Source: Candidatus Latescibacterota bacterium
GTDB lineage: Bacteria > Krumholzibacteriota > Krumholzibacteriia > WVZY01
DNA length: 64,000 nucleotides
Assembly (NCBI GenBank): GCA_963791045.1
Contig: CAWBQK010000009.1
Location: forward strand, 96,001 to 160,000
Reading direction: 5' to 3'
Both the position numbers and the translations under genes were made by a program. This document shows, piece by piece, positions 59,180-64,000 of this stretch (position 1 is its first letter; every line of letters starts with the position of its first letter). Under the pieces are notes generated by a model that did not search any database, had not been told where the DNA came from, and was given only the letters and a program-made list of their open reading frames with translations.

Positions 59180-60461
59180 ATGATACGCAGTCTCGAATAT
59201 GTCAAAAATGCCTTCGCGCCGGTCCTTTTGTTGGCGCTCATGCTTGCTGCTATCGGCGCCACAACGGCCCATGCCGAGGATCCCAACAACGGCGTTCCCG
59301 GCGACTGGTTCTCGCGGTACATGGGACCACATCCAGCGGGTCTCGGCGGGGCTTTCGTCGCACTTGCCAACGACCCGACAGGGGTCGTTTGGAACCCGGC
59401 GGGACTCTCGTTCATCTCGCAAAACACCATCCATCTCGAGTCGTCGCGTTACTTCGAATCGACGTCGATCAACGGGTTGAGCTTCGCCGTTCCAAGCCGG
59501 AAATTCCCGAGCATGGGGCTCACGATTCTCAATCTGCGCTCGGGGGATTTCGAGAAAACCAACGAGCTGAACGAATCGCTCGGTGAGTTCAACGAGAGTG
59601 ATATGGCCTTCATCTTTTCCGCATCAAAAACCTCACACACAAGTTTGCGCTCGGCGCCAACCTCAAGATCGTCCGTCAGGCGGTCGACGAGTTCGACGCG
59701 GCGGGCGTGGGAGTCGATCTGGGCCTGATGTTCAACGTACTTCCCACGGTTAGCCTGGGCGCGTCGTTTCTCAACATCGGCGGGCCGTCCGATCAACATG
59801 CGTGAGATCGAAGAAACATATCCGGCGGAATTCAGAGGCGGTGTCGCGTTGAGATTCCTCGACGGCCGGGGCCTTGTGGCCGCCCAGGTGAATCATCGCT
59901 CCGGTCCGGGAACGAGCTTTTTTGGCGGGACGGAGTTCTGGGTGTACCGCTCGCTTGCGCTCCGCGTCGGTTACGCGGCAGCGGATCCAAGCGGCGGTTT
60001 TAGTTACCGTGTGTCGCCGGATATTCGGTTTGACTACGCGGCGACCGATCAGGAACTGGGAATGATACATCGTTTCGGGTTTCCTATGAGTTCGGCGGCT
60101 TCTTCGCCAACTCGGAAGCGGTTCCCGAAGTGTTTTCGCCGCTCGGACAGCAGTCAGTGACGAAGTTCAATCTCAGTGCAAGTACAAAAGCCGCCGCGAG
60201 CTCATGGGGCTTCAAATCGTCGATAAGTCCGGTCAGGTCGTCCGGCGGTTCGCGGAAAAGGGGTTCCTCCCGCGCACATCATGTGGGATGGCAAGGATGA
60301 GACCGGGTTTCCGCTCCCCGACGGCATGTACAAGTACCAGCTCGTGGTCGATTGACGAATTCGGCGACGAACTCGTGGCCCATCTGAGAACCGTCGAGAT
60401 CACGACGGAGGGTCCGAAGGGAACCGTTCCCGTGATCACCGAAACCGCGACGAAGCAGTAA
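59180..60461 (+). CDS. PorV/PorQ-like beta-barrel fused to a FlgD-Ig domain; several frameshifts
   Basis: GGAGG RBS; GLGGAFVALANDPTGVVWNPAGL; shifted frames give ALGANLKIV..GVDLG..SLGASFLNIG, LALRVGY, IRFDYA..LGMIHRF, then VFSPLG...IVDKSGQVVRRF...WDGKDETG.PLPDGMY. Confidence 0.72.
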
Positions 60462-60472
60462 GGAGTTCGCTC

Positions 60473-63400
60473 ATGGATCGCCAAACACGAATCATCGGAT
60501 TTGCCTTCGTTTTGGCTTTGCACCGGGCCGTGGTATGGAGCGCCGACCATGGGCGTCGCGGATGACGGCGCTGTGACGGCACGGCCGGCTGCGCTCAGCG
60601 ATATCGGGATAGAGTTCGACCGTGCTATGCGCGGTCCCGGTCGCGGACGCGCTGGACAATCTGACCGGTCTTGCCGTAGCCTCGATGCGTTCATCAACGA
60701 CAAAGTCTTAAAAAGAGATCGAAAACCGCCGCGTATTTCTTTCCGGGCGAAATTCAGTTCTGGCCTGGCGAATTTCGAAGCCGGCCGCCGATGCATTCGA
60801 GGAAGCGGACAAATCGGACAAGAAAGGATGAATGCCGACGATGCGGCGTTCGCGCGAAATCCTCGCATTCCAGGCCGATGCGGCAACGACGCCGACGCGG
60901 AAAAAAAGTGGCAGGAAGTGGGAGAGAACGTTATCCCCGGAAGCCCGCTCGTCCCGAAGCGCGCCTCGCCGCGAACGTGGAATGCGCTGCGCCGCGGCTC
61001 GCTCAAAGAGGTCGATGTACATCTCACAAAAATTGGAGACTGAGCAACCCTATATGTTGCAGATTCCCGTGTCGTTCTCGCACGAGCGACGGCATCATAT
61101 ATGAGGGGAAAACCCGATGACGCACTCGCACGCTCGCTGCACCCGGTGATAAGCAACAGGCGCCAGCACTATATCTCGCGGACTTCCTACCAGGCCGCGG
61201 GACAGATGCTAAAGGCCGCCGCGCAGTTCCAGACGGTCATCGAGCGATACCCGCTTTCGGGTCTCCGCGATCACGCGATGCTCGCCAAGGCAAATATTTT
61301 TCTCGACAGCGGAGCGTACAAGACCGCCGCGGAAGAATTCGAAATGGTGATCGCGCGCGCCAACGATGCGAATGTCGTCGCGCAGGCGGAACTTCGCCGC
61401 GCGGCTTGCGTCTTCCTCGATAATGATTTCGAAACGGGAACGCAGCTTCTTCGTGACGTCACGGTCAACGCCAGGGCACCGAGGTGGCCGCATGCGCCCA
61501 GCTTCTTCTCGGCGAAGTCATGATGAGCAGGTCACAGTACGATGAGGCGATCCTCGAATTCAACCGCGTGCTCTCGGAATACTTCGAGCACGAGCTTGCC
61601 GCAAGCGCGCAGTACCGCGTGGGACAGTGCCTCGACGCACTCGGCCGACATAAGGAAGCGACGAGCGCCTACCAGCTCGTCGTCTCGGGGTACCCCATGG
61701 CGCCACAGTCTCCGGCGGCGGCATATCTCGCCGGAGTCGGTCTCCTCGAAGAAAACCGGCCCCAGGTCGCGGCGCCCGTATTTCCAGCTCGTCCTCGATC
61801 GTTACACTGGTGACGCGGGCGAAGAGACAATCGTCTTCACATCGCCTGAACGCCAGGAACTCGTCGAGGCATCACTCTGTCTTCTCGAGTATGCGTACCA
61901 CTTGACTGGCGACCTCGGCCGACTCTCCGGCGTACCACACCTCATGCTCCAGCGGATGCCGAAGAGCCCATCGACCGTGGCGCGCATACGCACTACTCAT
62001 CGACGCGGACGCGCTCGCCGCACAGGGGCGTTTCGACGAAGCACAGACCATGCTCGGTTCGCTCATCGTTGAGTTTCCCGAACACGATGCCGCCGTGCCG
62101 GCAAACCGGCTCCTGGCGTGGACGTACGCGAGGCAGGGCAAAGACGAGCTTGCCATCCAGACCGAGGAACGGATGCTCGCCCGTTACGCAGCCGAAGCCG
62201 ATGCGACGAACTTGAGTTCCGCGTATCTCAACAAGGCGCACATTCTTTTCAACCGGAAGCAGTACGCCGACGCCGCCGACACCTATGATGATTTTCTCCG
62301 ACGGTTTCCCGGTCATTCCGACCGGCCGCTCGCGCTCTACCAGGCGGGGCTCTGCCACTACCGGCTCCAACGCACCGGTGACGCCGTCGACCGTTGGGAA
62401 GAACTCGTCGAAACCGACCCATCGGCCGAAATCGCAGAGCGCGCCTGGGCGCGCGCCGGTGACGTTTACTTCCAAACGGCGCATTACGAAGACGCCGGGC
62501 GGTGTTACCAGGGGCTCCTCGATAATTTCGCGGCGAGCCAGGGCGCCGCGCTCGGGATGCTCCGGATGGCGCAGTGCGACTACAACGCGGGCCGTGACGC
62601 CGAGGCGCTCGGCGGGTTTTCGGCGGTCGTTGAACGTTTCCCCGGAACGGGAGTGGGCCGCGAGGCGGAGCGCGGAATCGAACGCGCGCTCTACCGGCTC
62701 GGTCAAAGCGAAGACGGCACCGCGGTACTCGCTCAGCTGGTCGAAGAGTATCCGACAAGTTCATTCGCCGCGGACGCACAGTTTGAAATTGCGATGCGAC
62801 ACTACGAGGCCAAGGAATACACCGACGCAGCCGACGCCTTCCGGCGCGTGATCCGCCAGTTCCCCAGCTACTCGCGATGCCGACCGCGCACACTATCTAA
62901 TGGCGGACGCGTACAGCCAGTCCAGCGCGGACGGTGACGCGGAGCTCGCGTACGAACAGTTCCTGATGTTCTTCCCCGAGAGCGAATTCCGCTCTACGGT
63001 GCGGTTCCGTCTCGCGTCGATGCGTTTCGACGCGGAGGATTACATGCGGGCCGCGGTGGATTTCTCGAGCGTTATCGAAGAGGACACCGATCCCGAAATC
63101 GCCGCGGCCTCGCTCTTTAATCTCGCCATGTGCCAGCGACTGCTCCAGCAAACCGCCGAGGCGAGCGCGACTCTCGAACGGTACCGGGAACTCTACCCCA
63201 ACGACGAGCGCGCGCTCGACGTGGCGTATCAGCTGGGCGATATCTACGAGAACTCGGATCGTCCACAATCCGCAATCGGCGAATACGAAACAGCGTTGAC
63301 CCTTAACCCGGGCGATCTGACGGCGGAGCTTCATTTCCGAATCGGAAACTGCCGTGAAACATTGGGAGACGAAGACAGCGCCGTCGCCGCGTACAAAAAA

Positions 63401-63594
63401 GCTGTCGACACGCGGAACCACCGGATCCGTCCGGTTATCGGCGGTGGCACGATGCGCGGCGATCTATGAAACGAAAAAGTGAATTCAAGAAAGCGATCGC
63501 CGCGTATCGCGATCTCGTCGAAAACGCCGATGACCCAGAGCTCGTTGTCGCTGCCAGGGCGCGAGTCGAAGAGCTCGAAGCCGTCGTGAAGTAG
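60473..63594 (+). CDS. Large tetratricopeptide-repeat protein (CpoB/BamD-like repeats); multiple frameshifts
   Basis: AGGAG RBS before ATG 60473; TPR fragments in ORFs 61101, 61484, 62050 and 62900 (AQYRVGQC, ALYQAG, YPTSSFAADAQFEIA); ends ARARVEELEAVVK* at 63594. Confidence 0.72.
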
Positions 63595-63643
63595 ATCGGT
63601 CGACACGAGACTGTCAGCAACAACTCAACAAGGAGACAAGCCG

Positions 63644-64000
63644 ATGTTTTCGAGCTTTAGCTGGATGGACGCAATGACAACGAGCCCGATCGTTCTCGTC
63701 CTCGTAATTTGCAGCGTGGTCACGCTCGGGGCCGCGATTGAACGGATCTATTACTACTCAAACGGCGGGAAAATCCCGACAAGACGTTCCGTAAAGCAGT
63801 GGTTCGGGTCCGTGAGGGCAGGCTCCACGACGCGACGGTCGCCTGCGAGGCGAGCCTGCACCCCTTCGGTCCTGTCGGGCTCGAAGTGCTCCGCGGCGTC
63901 GGACAAATCCGCCGACGCATTTGAGGAACGACTCCATGTCGCCTTGAGCGGCACAGAAGCTCCTCCTCGAAAGAAACTTGAACGTACTTGGGACGATGGC
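63644..64000 (+). CDS. MotA/TolQ/ExbB proton channel family protein (partial, frameshifted)
   Basis: AGGAG RBS; PIVLVLVICSVVTLGAAIERI; window ends in LLERNLNVLGTM, typical of the segment before TM2 in ExbB/TolQ. Confidence 0.78.
   Translation, partial: MFSSFSWMDAMTTSPIVLVLVICSVVTLGAAIERIYYYSNGGKIPTRRSVKQWFGSVRAGSTTRRSPARRACTPSVLSGSKCSAASDKSADAFEERLHVALSGTEAPPRKKLERTWDDG

Overview
Gene-dense, GC-rich bacterial window. The protein repertoire (FlgD/T9SS-type C-terminal domains, PorV/PorQ-like barrel, a C-terminal TWGxIKxLY motif, a 6-bladed propeller) suggests an FCB-group lineage such as Krumholzibacteriota/Latescibacterota; this is inference only. From left to right: (1) an outer-membrane cluster with tamB (running off the left edge), tamA, small beta-barrels, a FadL-like barrel, DUF481 and six DUF4136 lipoprotein paralogs, interrupted by an HNH endonuclease gene with an unusual upstream non-coding region; (2) an ArcB-like ornithine carbamoyltransferase; (3) a membrane protein joining a dCache sensor to a Schlafen/AlbA_2 domain; (4) an FNR-like regulator with two FNR boxes placed in front of a small secreted TWGxIKxLY protein; (5) an operon of flavoprotein, cNMP-binding protein, STAND-type class III cyclase and DUF3307; (6) a TetR-regulated RND efflux pump; (7) transporters, glycosyltransferases, a MITE/REPIN-like element and a sulfatase; (8) an operon of Ig-repeat/FlgD protein, PorV-FlgD, giant TPR protein and ExbB/TolQ. 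The last ~5 kb carry many frameshifts, probably sequencing errors near a contig end. The best novel-system candidates are the dCache-Schlafen receptor, the PorV-TPR-ExbB locus and the flavoprotein-cNMP-cyclase operon. No rRNA, tRNA or CRISPR array was seen. All family calls come from motif recognition by eye, not from database searches.
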